A DNA stretch of 64,000 bases, taken from IMG/VR virus record IMGVR_UViG_3300046167_000798, one strand, 5' to 3'. Made by a program: the position numbers and the translations under genes. Under the pieces are notes generated by a model. The model saw only the letters and a list, made by a program, of their open reading frames with translations. It did not search any database and was not told the origin of the DNA. Positions 52,055 through 61,566 of the stretch are shown in pieces. Numbering within the stretch: position 1 is the stretch's first letter; each line of letters begins with the position of its first letter. Origin of the DNA: a virus (taxonomy: Duplodnaviria; Caudoviricetes).

Positions 52055-53406
52055 AAATTATTTATAAAATATTTAATATCTTGGTCGTTGTTTGGAAAAT
52101 TCTCAACTATTTTTTTATTTTTTTCAAACCGTTCTCTATTTGATTTAAAAAAGGTTTTAAATAAATCTTGATTATCATTTATCCTTTCAATCTCTTTTAG
52201 TGTTGCTTGAAATCTTTCTTTATCATTTTCTATATCATTGTATGAATGGTCTATAATATCTCTATAAAAATCAAAACCAAATTCTTCTTCCATAAATTTT
52301 ATATGGTCTTTAGTTGCAAATATGATTGGAAATTGATAGTAAAAGAAAGGTCTGATTGACTTTTCAGTTACATGAATAACATCATTTGGATAATCAAAGC
52401 AAGATTCGGTAATAATACTTACATACGAATCTTTATGAGTTTCATCTGTTTCAGGTATCATGAGTCCACCAGATGCTCCACCAGCTCCTTCAATATGAAT
52501 ATCAGGTCTTTCAAATCCAAAATAATTTAATTTAACATTTTGTTCATAATCACTTTTTTTAGTATCCATGACAATGAATTTCTCTATAATATCTTTTTTT
52601 GAATCTACATCATTTAATAAACAATCAAACTGAGTATAGTGAAAGTGCTCCCAAAAATCTTTTTTTTCATATGAGAAATTAAACAACATAGACCAATTAG
52701 TGTTTTTAAGAATATTTCTATCTTCTAGTTCTATTAATGTTGCAACTCTATGTGTTTTTGGTGTTTTATTAAAACAAGAAAAAAACTTATCACTTTTTTC
52801 TTTAAAATACGAAGAACCCAATTCATTCCAAATACTTGAAGATGTTATTTGTAAAAGATTTGTTCTAAAAAACTCAAAATTTGAATTTAACGATTCTCTA
52901 TACTCTTTTATTTTAGGATTGTTTGAAATGATTACTAATTTACTATCTGATATATTATTTTTTTTAAAATAGTTTACTACCGAAGTAATATCTTGTAAAT
53001 TTTCAGGTTCATGTTCTCTTATATATAAAAACTTTATATTATCACACTCACTTAAACATTTATTAATAGAACTTGGTAAATCAGTTTGAGAAAAAATATC
53101 ATGCAAACTCCAATGTGATTTTATAGCATAATAAAATTTAGTTTCAGGATTATTATATACTTCTGATACTTTATATTTGTTTATAGTAAATAAATTACGA
53201 GGATATCCTAATTGTTCATAGAAAAATCTTTCGTAAAAATCAAAGTAACCCAACTCATCTCTAAAATCAGTATCTCCTAAAAGATTTGCTAATGTATATT
53301 GAGGAGTATCTACTAAAACTGTTTCTAATTCATTTGAAGTTTCTTTTACTACCCAAGAATCATAAACAAAATTTAAAGTTTTTTTAATGTTTTCGTGTGT
53401 TCCCAT
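52051..53406 (-). CDS. GT10-like putative glycosyltransferase, paralog 6
   Basis: CFNKTPKTHR, SIITES, TEKSIRP, GFDFYRDIIDHSYN. Confidence 0.5.
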   Translation of the reverse strand: MGTHENIKKTLNFVYDSWVVKETSNELETVLVDTPQYTLANLLGDTDFRDELGYFDFYERFFYEQLGYPRNLFTINKYKVSEVYNNPETKFYYAIKSHWSLHDIFSQTDLPSSINKCLSECDNIKFLYIREHEPENLQDITSVVNYFKKNNISDSKLVIISNNPKIKEYRESLNSNFEFFRTNLLQITSSSIWNELGSSYFKEKSDKFFSCFNKTPKTHRVATLIELEDRNILKNTNWSMLFNFSYEKKDFWEHFHYTQFDCLLNDVDSKKDIIEKFIVMDTKKSDYEQNVKLNYFGFERPDIHIEGAGGASGGLMIPETDETHKDSYVSIITESCFDYPNDVIHVTEKSIRPFFYYQFPIIFATKDHIKFMEEEFGFDFYRDIIDHSYNDIENDKERFQATLKEIERINDNQDLFKTFFKSNRERFEKNKKIVENFPNNDQDIKYFINNL

Positions 53407-54547
53407 AATGGATAACTTTTACTGTATCTGATTTAAAACTTCTCCAAGGGTCAACTACAATAGAATCCTTTGGAAAATTAAAATCATGATGTTTACCCAT
53501 ATGTCCTAAAAGATACACAGCTTTGTACGGATGTGGTTGGTCGTATTCTGGTACAATTCCTTCTTCTTTACAGTAATGCCCTACAAGTATAGATGAAGAA
53601 CCATCTAAGTAGTGAACATCTGGTTTATATGCTTTACCAAGTATAACAATAGGAAGTTTATTTTCGTTAGCCAACTCTACTAACTTAAGTGCCATATTTT
53701 TTGCCTGTACTTCTCTTGCCAACATAATAGCATCAAATAAATCATAACCCAATCCTAAGTTTTCTGCCATATATCTTAATGCAATATTATCTCTTGGATG
53801 ACATCCACCACCATCTCCCATTCCAGCCTTCATATAAGCCGGTCCAAGTATTCTGTAAGTACTTCTTTCAAGTGCACCTGTTACAACATCAACATTCATG
53901 TTACCATTTTTTTCTGCAACATCTTGAATCATGTTTACTAATGCTACTTTTGTTGAAATAAAAGTATTATAGAAGATTTTAATTCCTTCTGCCTCATCCC
54001 AAGTACCAACTTCATATCGTGTACCTGGTTTAATGAATGTTTTATAGAAATCTAAAAGTATTTTTGCATCACCTGTCATTGAACCATCTTCTGTACCGAT
54101 GATTACCATCTCAGGATTAACCATATCCCATTTTACAGTACCCATAGCAATTAGATATGGATTGTAAATAAATCTTGTATTGGATAATCTGTCGATAAAC
54201 TCTCTTCTGATTGTACCAGGTAAAACTGTTGAAATAAGAACTACTAATTGTTCTTTATTTGTGTGTTTGTTTACTTCATCTAATACATTGTTAACGATTG
54301 AGTAATCGAAATCTTTATTTGGTAAATGTGATGTGGGTTCTCTTCCATCATAATCAGGATGGTGAGGTGTAGGAACAGCAATAAAGATTAATTCTCTATC
54401 TTTACAAACTTCTTCAATGGAACTAACCATTTGAAAATTAGCCGGTTCAACTTTTGTTACATCGTAACCTATTACTTCATGTTTTTCAGCCATTATTTCA
54501 GCTGATTCTTTTCCGAGTTTTCCAACTCCTATAAAACCTATTTTCAT
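53384..54547 (-). CDS. ugd: UDP-glucose/GDP-mannose dehydrogenase family
   Basis: GFIGVGKLG, STVLPGT, YNP, EGIK.FYNT, GDGGGCHPRD, LGKAYKP. Confidence 0.88.
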   Translation of the reverse strand: MKIGFIGVGKLGKESAEIMAEKHEVIGYDVTKVEPANFQMVSSIEEVCKDRELIFIAVPTPHHPDYDGREPTSHLPNKDFDYSIVNNVLDEVNKHTNKEQLVVLISTVLPGTIRREFIDRLSNTRFIYNPYLIAMGTVKWDMVNPEMVIIGTEDGSMTGDAKILLDFYKTFIKPGTRYEVGTWDEAEGIKIFYNTFISTKVALVNMIQDVAEKNGNMNVDVVTGALERSTYRILGPAYMKAGMGDGGGCHPRDNIALRYMAENLGLGYDLFDAIMLAREVQAKNMALKLVELANENKLPIVILGKAYKPDVHYLDGSSSILVGHYCKEEGIVPEYDQPHPYKAVYLLGHMGKHHDFNFPKDSIVVDPWRSFKSDTVKVIHYGNTRKH

Positions 54548-54567
54548 ATTGTATTATTTGTTTTATA

Positions 54568-54575
54568 TATAAATA
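54568..54575 (-). promoter_or_regulatory. Putative promoter TATTTATA inside glycan locus
   Basis: In one of the few intergenic gaps of the locus, 20 nt upstream of ATG 54547. Confidence 0.45.
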
Positions 54576-54581
54576 TATAAT

Positions 54582-56789
54582 TTATTTTATATCGTAAAAT
54601 ATATTTGCTAATATCTTAATAACTGAGTGTTGTGGGTTATAATCTCCAGCAGATAATTTATATCTTAAATCTACTTTATTATTAAAGTGTTGTTGATTGT
54701 AACGACACACCTCTATCATTTCATTTCTTAGTTCTTTCAATTCATCTATTGATTTATTTTCTAGTAATGCAAGTATATCAGCAACCTTCTGAATTCTAAC
54801 ATTAACATCAGTATCATTATCATAATCTTCATTCCACCATTTATCAAATGTTTTAAATCCTAATTTTTTAAGATATTTTAATGTATGTGGATTTCCTATT
54901 AATAAAAAAGGATGTCCTAAATATATTGGTTTCCATATTTTTTCAGATAAGAATAAAATTTTCTCATCAGCTAATGTTTCAGTTACCAATGATACAAATG
55001 TATGTGAAAAATCAGATATCGATATATCGTTTGCCCAATTTACATCCAATGTTCTATCAATAGTTAGTGGTGTTATTGAACTAAGTTCTTTCAAATTTGT
55101 ATAAATACGAGAATCACCTTCTTTTAAATCAAACTCACCAATACTAATCATTCCTCTCTTCAGTAAATCATATTCAAATAATTTTGAACAAATTCCTATT
55201 CTATGAGCTCTTCCCATATTTCTATTATAGGATAAATACAAGTTCATTGATTCATGTGGGTGATATGGAATTACATCATCTGGTCTAAATTGTGGATTTA
55301 ACCATATATCAAATGCAGATTCTCCGATACAATTAATTTTTAAACCTTTTTCTTTTGCAGAATCAGATATTTTTAAATTACCCGAAATATAATAAACCGA
55401 TTCTTCTTTTATTTTAGATTCATCACACCATTTTTTTATAATTTCCAAATCGTTGTTTTTATCTCCACCACTATATCCCTCAAGTGTATGATAGAAAACT
55501 ATTCTAGCTCTATTTTCCTTTACATCTCTTATAAATTTTTTAGAAACACATTTAAATCCAATATCTTTATTTAATTCAAAATAAGCTGGATTATAGATGG
55601 GGATTAAATATAGGTGTTTGTTATTTTTTATAGTTTTTCTATCATATAGTTTTACATTTTCACGCTTATTTATAGGAGCAACCATTCCTTTAAATGTTTC
55701 CTTGGTCATAAATTTTTTTGGGTCTCCATGTAGTACATTCCACTCCCCCCATAGTTTAGGAATACTAATTTTTCCTTCTTCTTCCAAGTACCATGTTTTC
55801 GATGAAGTTGCTGGTCTATTAAAATCTAATATACTATCATAATCTTCAAGAGTTATATTGATATCACCAACATACAAATCCCATATACCAGTATAATATG
55901 ATTTTGGAATAAGATTGGGATTTAATTTTTTAATTCTAGCAAAACTAACCGAATAATCTCTACTATCATTTACAACTTGAAAATCAGCATCTACTTTGGA
56001 TTCTATTACTTTTTCAATTTCACCAACTAACTCTCTTTTTGTAATATTTAATTCATCAAATCCAAGATTTAAAATTTTATCTTTATATGGAGTATTAATC
56101 AATCCAAATAAAAGTTCACACGCATCATCAATATGTAAATGAGGTCTATGTGCTTCAGGGTCCCAAATTTCTACTGACTTCCCTTCTTTAATATCTCCTA
56201 TTAAATTATTTATAAGAATATCATTTCTCTGAAAATCTCCTCTTCCATATAAAGTAGATAATCTAAATATTTTAAAAGAGTTGTTTTCTTTTAACATTAA
56301 CTTCTCACATTCTATTTTAAGTTTAGAATAATGTGAGGTTACCATTGGTTCAGTATATTCATTAACTGCCTCAGTTGTTTTTCCATATACACTACAACTA
56401 CTCATAAAATAAAAATGTTTTCCAGAATTTTCATTATCAATAGTATCACGAAACATTTCAATTACTTTAGAAAATCTATCTACTTCTTCAAGTACAGTTT
56501 TATCATCATTTATATCTTGTAATCTTGGGGATGCTAAATAAAATATTTTATCGTAATTTTCTAAGTTATTTACGTTGTTTTTTAAATTTAAAATATCATC
56601 TTCAATAAACTCAAAATGGTCTTGTTCTAATCCATTGTATATATTGAATTTATCTGATAACTTATCGATTACATCGTATGTATCATAATTCATATTATCA
56701 CATATGGTAACATGAAATCTATCTAACAATAATCTCTTAGATAATTTAAGTCCTAAATAACCAGCTCCTCCTATTACTAATATTTTCAT
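54582..56789 (-). CDS. Fusion of NAD-dependent epimerase/dehydratase and GT10-like glycosyltransferase (paralog 7)
   Basis: N-half GGAGYLG, SSCSVYG, YSKLK; C-half SYNRNMGRAHR, SLVTET, SEKIWKP, HPF, GFKTFD. Confidence 0.7.
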   Translation of the reverse strand: MKILVIGGAGYLGLKLSKRLLLDRFHVTICDNMNYDTYDVIDKLSDKFNIYNGLEQDHFEFIEDDILNLKNNVNNLENYDKIFYLASPRLQDINDDKTVLEEVDRFSKVIEMFRDTIDNENSGKHFYFMSSCSVYGKTTEAVNEYTEPMVTSHYSKLKIECEKLMLKENNSFKIFRLSTLYGRGDFQRNDILINNLIGDIKEGKSVEIWDPEAHRPHLHIDDACELLFGLINTPYKDKILNLGFDELNITKRELVGEIEKVIESKVDADFQVVNDSRDYSVSFARIKKLNPNLIPKSYYTGIWDLYVGDINITLEDYDSILDFNRPATSSKTWYLEEEGKISIPKLWGEWNVLHGDPKKFMTKETFKGMVAPINKRENVKLYDRKTIKNNKHLYLIPIYNPAYFELNKDIGFKCVSKKFIRDVKENRARIVFYHTLEGYSGGDKNNDLEIIKKWCDESKIKEESVYYISGNLKISDSAKEKGLKINCIGESAFDIWLNPQFRPDDVIPYHPHESMNLYLSYNRNMGRAHRIGICSKLFEYDLLKRGMISIGEFDLKEGDSRIYTNLKELSSITPLTIDRTLDVNWANDISISDFSHTFVSLVTETLADEKILFLSEKIWKPIYLGHPFLLIGNPHTLKYLKKLGFKTFDKWWNEDYDNDTDVNVRIQKVADILALLENKSIDELKELRNEMIEVCRYNQQHFNNKVDLRYKLSAGDYNPQHSVIKILANIFYDIK

Positions 56790-57796
56790 TCTCTTACTAA
56801 ATCAGTTGTTACACAATGGAATGAACCACCTAAAGTTCTTGAATGTCTAATCTGACAATCAAGTGTATCGATTCCATATTTCTTTAAATCTGTTATTAAT
56901 TGTTTTTGTCTATTATCTACAATTACTGTATTTTCATCTACTGATAATAAATTTACTCCAATCCATAAAGATGCTCTTATTGTTTGGTGGTATCCAATAT
57001 CTACCATCGGTGGACACCAAATTTTATCCCAAGATTTTAAGAACTCAGGCATATTGTTTTCATTTACTCTTTCAGGATTTAATAAACACAATCCTTCTCT
57101 CAAAACTGCAATAGTTGAATCAATATGAATATATGAATATACATCTTCAATGGTATGAACTCTATATTCACTACCTAAGAAGTTTTGCAACCACTTAGCA
57201 CCCTTTAAATTACCGGTGTTGGATACTAAGTACAAAATATCGTTATTACATCTTAGAATGTTTGCCGCATCAAATACAGGCTCGTGGTTATTTAAAGTAA
57301 TTTTAGATAAATCCTCTCTTTGATACATTGAATCTAATAATCTAGGTTTAGGAGCAGCTACCCAATTAGCACCTTGTTCCATTTTTTCTATAAAGATATC
57401 CTTGAAACAATCTGTTTCATATTGTCTTGACCTTAAAGACATTGCTGATTCAATTATATTATTACCAATTACTGTTACAGTATCTCTTGGACAGAAAGTA
57501 TAATACTGAGAAGTTTCCCAATGTCCATTTGATATTGTTTTAGTAGTATCGATAGGTGATGGTCTATAAACCTTAACACCAACATCAGTTAAAAGATTAG
57601 AAAGGTTTTCTAAATCTTCATAAGTTTCATCATATACTTTTTGGTCCCAAAATCCTAATTCGTTTTTTGGTATAGAATCTTCAGTAGCATAATTTATACA
57701 ATGTAAATCCTTACCATGAGTTGGCATATTTGCATTATCTACTGTTCCTACTATAACCTCTTTGAGTTTTCCCCACTCATTGTTTACATTAACCAT
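56786..57796 (-). CDS. Amidinotransferase (glycine / inosamine-phosphate amidinotransferase family)
   Basis: NEWGKLKEVIVG, FCPRD, FDAAN (Asp), HIDST (His), GGSFHCVT (Cys) catalytic triad. Confidence 0.9.
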   Translation of the reverse strand: MVNVNNEWGKLKEVIVGTVDNANMPTHGKDLHCINYATEDSIPKNELGFWDQKVYDETYEDLENLSNLLTDVGVKVYRPSPIDTTKTISNGHWETSQYYTFCPRDTVTVIGNNIIESAMSLRSRQYETDCFKDIFIEKMEQGANWVAAPKPRLLDSMYQREDLSKITLNNHEPVFDAANILRCNNDILYLVSNTGNLKGAKWLQNFLGSEYRVHTIEDVYSYIHIDSTIAVLREGLCLLNPERVNENNMPEFLKSWDKIWCPPMVDIGYHQTIRASLWIGVNLLSVDENTVIVDNRQKQLITDLKKYGIDTLDCQIRHSRTLGGSFHCVTTDLVRE

Positions 57797-57809
57797 ACTT
57801 ATTGTTTAT

Positions 57810-59720
57810 TTATTGTTTATTATAATTATAAGAACATCTCCAATATCTATTTTTTCTCTGATAGTGGTATGCTCTGTGATAAAATTCTAAAGGTTCTAAT
57901 TCTTCTTTATCATAATGGTCTAAAGTTATTGTTTCTGAATCTAATAAACCTAAAGTGTTTTGTATTGTATCTTGTTTATATGTTTTTTGAATTGGATAAA
58001 TATTAGTATAATCTCTACACATATCTAAATTAAATCTTACAACATCTGATAAATCTTCTTTAAATTTATGTTTACAAAATTCTGTTAGTTCTTCTTGTAA
58101 CCTATCTCTATTTTGTGAAAATACAATAGAAGTTGCTCCTTTATATTCCCAAAAAATATCATCATCTCCTAATACTTGTCTACCCCAAAATTCGGCTCTT
58201 TCAAAAACACCTCTCAACGAATCCTCACTCTCCAATAATTCTTCGCCAATTATAGTATCTTTCTTTGTATAAAAATATTCTAACATATCTTCAACAATAT
58301 CAATATGCTTAATACCATATTTGTTGTAAATATATTCTAAGAGATAGTGTCCCCATCCATAATAATAAAATACTATTAAAAGATGGGAAAACAAATTACC
58401 TTTAACAACAATATCTCGTGTTGTCGTGTTCGTCCCAACCACCGCTAACGTTCTCTCTACTATATAATCTTCTAAATCATCAACAGTTAAATAAAATGTA
58501 TCTAGGGGTACATCAACTGTTTTTAATTCATATTTTTTAATATATTCAGGTTGTCCCATTTCCGCATTGTAAGTAATAACAAGTGGATGTACCATTAAAA
58601 AATCTTTTTGTCCTAATTCTATTAATCTTTGAATACCATTTTTTAAAGTATCATAAGTTTCATTTGGCATTGGCCAAATTAATTCTGAATATGTTGGTAT
58701 ATCAACTTCTTGATATTTTTTTAAGTATGTAAGTGCTTCTTCTGTTTTAAGATTTAATCTTTTTGATGCATCTAGTGTTTCTTGATTCAAAGATTGCATT
58801 GCAAATGTTACTCCTTTAAATAATCGAGTACCTGCTTCTTTATCCATCATTGCTATTTCATAGATTCTATCAGAATTTGCCTTTGCCCAAGTTACATCCC
58901 AAAATTTTGGCCATCCTGTTTTCTGTTTTGTTTCAATTACATATTTTGTAATATCAACATCTCTTGGCATCAATCCCCAATTTGAATCACATACTGCAAC
59001 ATACTCAATCTTTTTTCTTGCCATCCAATCAATCTCTGCTTTCACTCTTACCATATCAAACATTTTGATTTTCTGCCAATATGCATCTCCGATATCACAA
59101 AATGTACATTTGTAAGGACAACCTCTTAAAGTTTCATAAGTTACCTGCCACATTTGAGGCCCATGTTCCTTTTCAACTCTTTCCATAATCCAATCATAAA
59201 AACCTGAAAGGATTGGTGATGGAATAATATTCAAATCTTGTACTCTTGTTGGAAGTGGACAAAGTTCTCCTCCTTTTGGAAAAACATGAGGAATATCTTC
59301 AAACGTTTCTCCTTTATGAAATCGTTTTAATAATTCTTTTGATGCAAATTCACCCTCTCCTAAAACGGCAACATCAAACATTGGATAATTTGTAAAAAAC
59401 TCTTTATCTCGTTTATCAACATGAGGTCCTCCTGTGATTGTTAAACAGTTTGGATATTTTTCTTTTGTTCTTTTTGCTAATTCTTTATTATATTCCCAAT
59501 TCCAAACATAAGAAGATAACATCATTACATGAGGTTCATCAACCATATCATCTACATATTGTTTTGGTGGTTTTTTTTCAATCAAAACATCAGAAACTTG
59601 GTAATTTTCTTTTACCATTTTACTTGTACTCGCAAACATCCATTGGTAACTTATCGCAATAGGTAAGAAACTGTTTGGTCCGTATTTATCCGCTACTTGT
59701 ACAAGATATAAGTTTTTCAT
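57810..59720 (-). CDS. Cobalamin-binding radical SAM enzyme
   Basis: N-term SSYVW...GGPH B12-type domain; RGCPYKCTFC (CxxxCxxC). Confidence 0.88.
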   Translation of the reverse strand: MKNLYLVQVADKYGPNSFLPIAISYQWMFASTSKMVKENYQVSDVLIEKKPPKQYVDDMVDEPHVMMLSSYVWNWEYNKELAKRTKEKYPNCLTITGGPHVDKRDKEFFTNYPMFDVAVLGEGEFASKELLKRFHKGETFEDIPHVFPKGGELCPLPTRVQDLNIIPSPILSGFYDWIMERVEKEHGPQMWQVTYETLRGCPYKCTFCDIGDAYWQKIKMFDMVRVKAEIDWMARKKIEYVAVCDSNWGLMPRDVDITKYVIETKQKTGWPKFWDVTWAKANSDRIYEIAMMDKEAGTRLFKGVTFAMQSLNQETLDASKRLNLKTEEALTYLKKYQEVDIPTYSELIWPMPNETYDTLKNGIQRLIELGQKDFLMVHPLVITYNAEMGQPEYIKKYELKTVDVPLDTFYLTVDDLEDYIVERTLAVVGTNTTTRDIVVKGNLFSHLLIVFYYYGWGHYLLEYIYNKYGIKHIDIVEDMLEYFYTKKDTIIGEELLESEDSLRGVFERAEFWGRQVLGDDDIFWEYKGATSIVFSQNRDRLQEELTEFCKHKFKEDLSDVVRFNLDMCRDYTNIYPIQKTYKQDTIQNTLGLLDSETITLDHYDKEELEPLEFYHRAYHYQRKNRYWRCSYNYNKQ

Positions 59721-60409
59721 TTTGAGAATATACTATTTTTTGTTATATCTTTATAGGACTCCGAAGAATGAGTATCTTCGTGTTCTACATTAAGTTGATT
59801 AAATAAAATCAATCCTCTTGCTGCATCTTCTGGTGTCATATACATATGATACCCAAATAAATCAATATCATCTTCTAACTGAGATTTATTTAAATCTCTA
59901 CCATCATATCTAATCTTTTTTAAATACTCATATGCCCTTTTATCATCAGTTAGTATAATCCCACCTCTACCAATTGGTAATCTTTTTTTAATCTGAAAAG
60001 ATAAAACTTGCAGTGAGTTATTACCAACATACATATCTTTTGTAAATCTACCCGCAGAATCCCAAATATTAAAAGGTTCTAATTGATAAATACCTTTCCA
60101 TTCTGTATTTTCAAAAAATACTCTATATCCTGCATTTATAATTTGTTTAGGTACTGATATGTAAGTGTGTTTTGGTATTGATATTACATTACCTTCCTTA
60201 CGAATATATTTTAAACAAAGAAATAATCCATTTGTACAACAATCAATTGCAATTGCATATTTAGAACCAGCATATTCTGATATTTCTTTTTCAAACATTT
60301 CCACAATCTCGTGTGGTTTATTCCAATCGTAACCAAGTTCTCTAATTTGGTCTGGTTCAGGTCTTTGGAATTCTTTTGGTATTTTTCCGAGTGGCCAAGT
60401 ATTATGCAT
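59717..60409 (-). CDS. DegT/DnrJ/EryC1/StrS-family PLP aminotransferase, short form (230 aa)
   Basis: CCTNGL, DSA, SFQIKK (PLP Lys), GGIILTDD, G..MYM. Confidence 0.85.
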   Translation of the reverse strand: MHNTWPLGKIPKEFQRPEPDQIRELGYDWNKPHEIVEMFEKEISEYAGSKYAIAIDCCTNGLFLCLKYIRKEGNVISIPKHTYISVPKQIINAGYRVFFENTEWKGIYQLEPFNIWDSAGRFTKDMYVGNNSLQVLSFQIKKRLPIGRGGIILTDDKRAYEYLKKIRYDGRDLNKSQLEDDIDLFGYHMYMTPEDAARGLILFNQLNVEHEDTHSSESYKDITKNSIFSK

Positions 60410-61566
60410 TATATGTAAGGTGTTGTATCATTATTTAATTTACTATTTTTATATACTTCAAGAATTTCTTCTATATTATTATCTCGAACATTTACAACAG
60501 GTTTATTTCTATCTTCATTATTATAATATTTTGCAAATTCACTCCAAGTTGAATCAGGATTTGCTATAAGCATTCCACAGTAACTAAGACCGAATAAGTC
60601 AATAATATTAGCAAAAACATTACCATATGTTTTCATAAATTCTATATCCATTCCTGCTCTATATGCATTTTCTTCCATTGCATATCTAAAAAATACTTTT
60701 TCAGATATTCTATCCTTATATCTTAATTCATATGGCCTTAGAAATACATCAGGTAAATCATGTGAAATATAAAATTTTTGTTTTGGATTTATTTTTAGTA
60801 TTTCATCAATTATATCAAAATACATAGTATCAGGATAAAATTTATAATTATCGTTAACTGATTTTAATCCATGAATTTTTTCTTTATACATTTTGCCTAA
60901 ATTTGGGTCTGTATCATCCCATGTTTTTATTTCTTCATCATTTACTTTAACTCCATTAAATCTCCTTATATGAATACCAACACAATCATGTAATGAAGAT
61001 GATAAAGTTTCTTCCATATATGAGTGTCTTAATCTTATCTTAGTTAAAGGTCTATTATATGGGTCATATGAATCCTTTATTGATTTTGATGCATATTTGT
61101 TAACTACATCTTTTAAAGTTTCATATCCAAAATCAGAATGATAATGGTCTTTATCTAATATTCCTTTATTATTAAAAATTTTAGCCACATTCGATAGTTT
61201 TAACTTTTCTGATAAGTAAACATTTTCATTTGGTAAATCATATACTGTTTTAAATGATAATGTTTCATAATCAAAATTCCAAGTCCAATCTTGTTTTTGT
61301 AAATTTGATACAGATGGAAATGTGTTTGGCATATCAATCAGAGGTAATTCTGGCCAATGTTTTTGTTGTATTTGTATTTTATGAGAGTTTTTATTTATCT
61401 CAGATAAAAAATGTGCAATTTCCCAATGGAATATTCTATTACATAATCCTGTATCATTGTTACTAAGTGAAACATTGAAATTATTAAAATAATTATGAGC
61501 CTGTCCCCACCCTCCAAATGGTTCAATCCATCTTAGGGTTTTTTTAAAAATATCATGATTATTCAT
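60409..61566 (-). CDS. GT11/GT23-like fucosyltransferase-fold protein
   Basis: GLCNRIF, VGIHIRR, FYISHD, DLFGLSYC...STWS. Confidence 0.6.
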   Translation of the reverse strand: MNNHDIFKKTLRWIEPFGGWGQAHNYFNNFNVSLSNNDTGLCNRIFHWEIAHFLSEINKNSHKIQIQQKHWPELPLIDMPNTFPSVSNLQKQDWTWNFDYETLSFKTVYDLPNENVYLSEKLKLSNVAKIFNNKGILDKDHYHSDFGYETLKDVVNKYASKSIKDSYDPYNRPLTKIRLRHSYMEETLSSSLHDCVGIHIRRFNGVKVNDEEIKTWDDTDPNLGKMYKEKIHGLKSVNDNYKFYPDTMYFDIIDEILKINPKQKFYISHDLPDVFLRPYELRYKDRISEKVFFRYAMEENAYRAGMDIEFMKTYGNVFANIIDLFGLSYCGMLIANPDSTWSEFAKYYNNEDRNKPVVNVRDNNIEEILEVYKNSKLNNDTTPYI

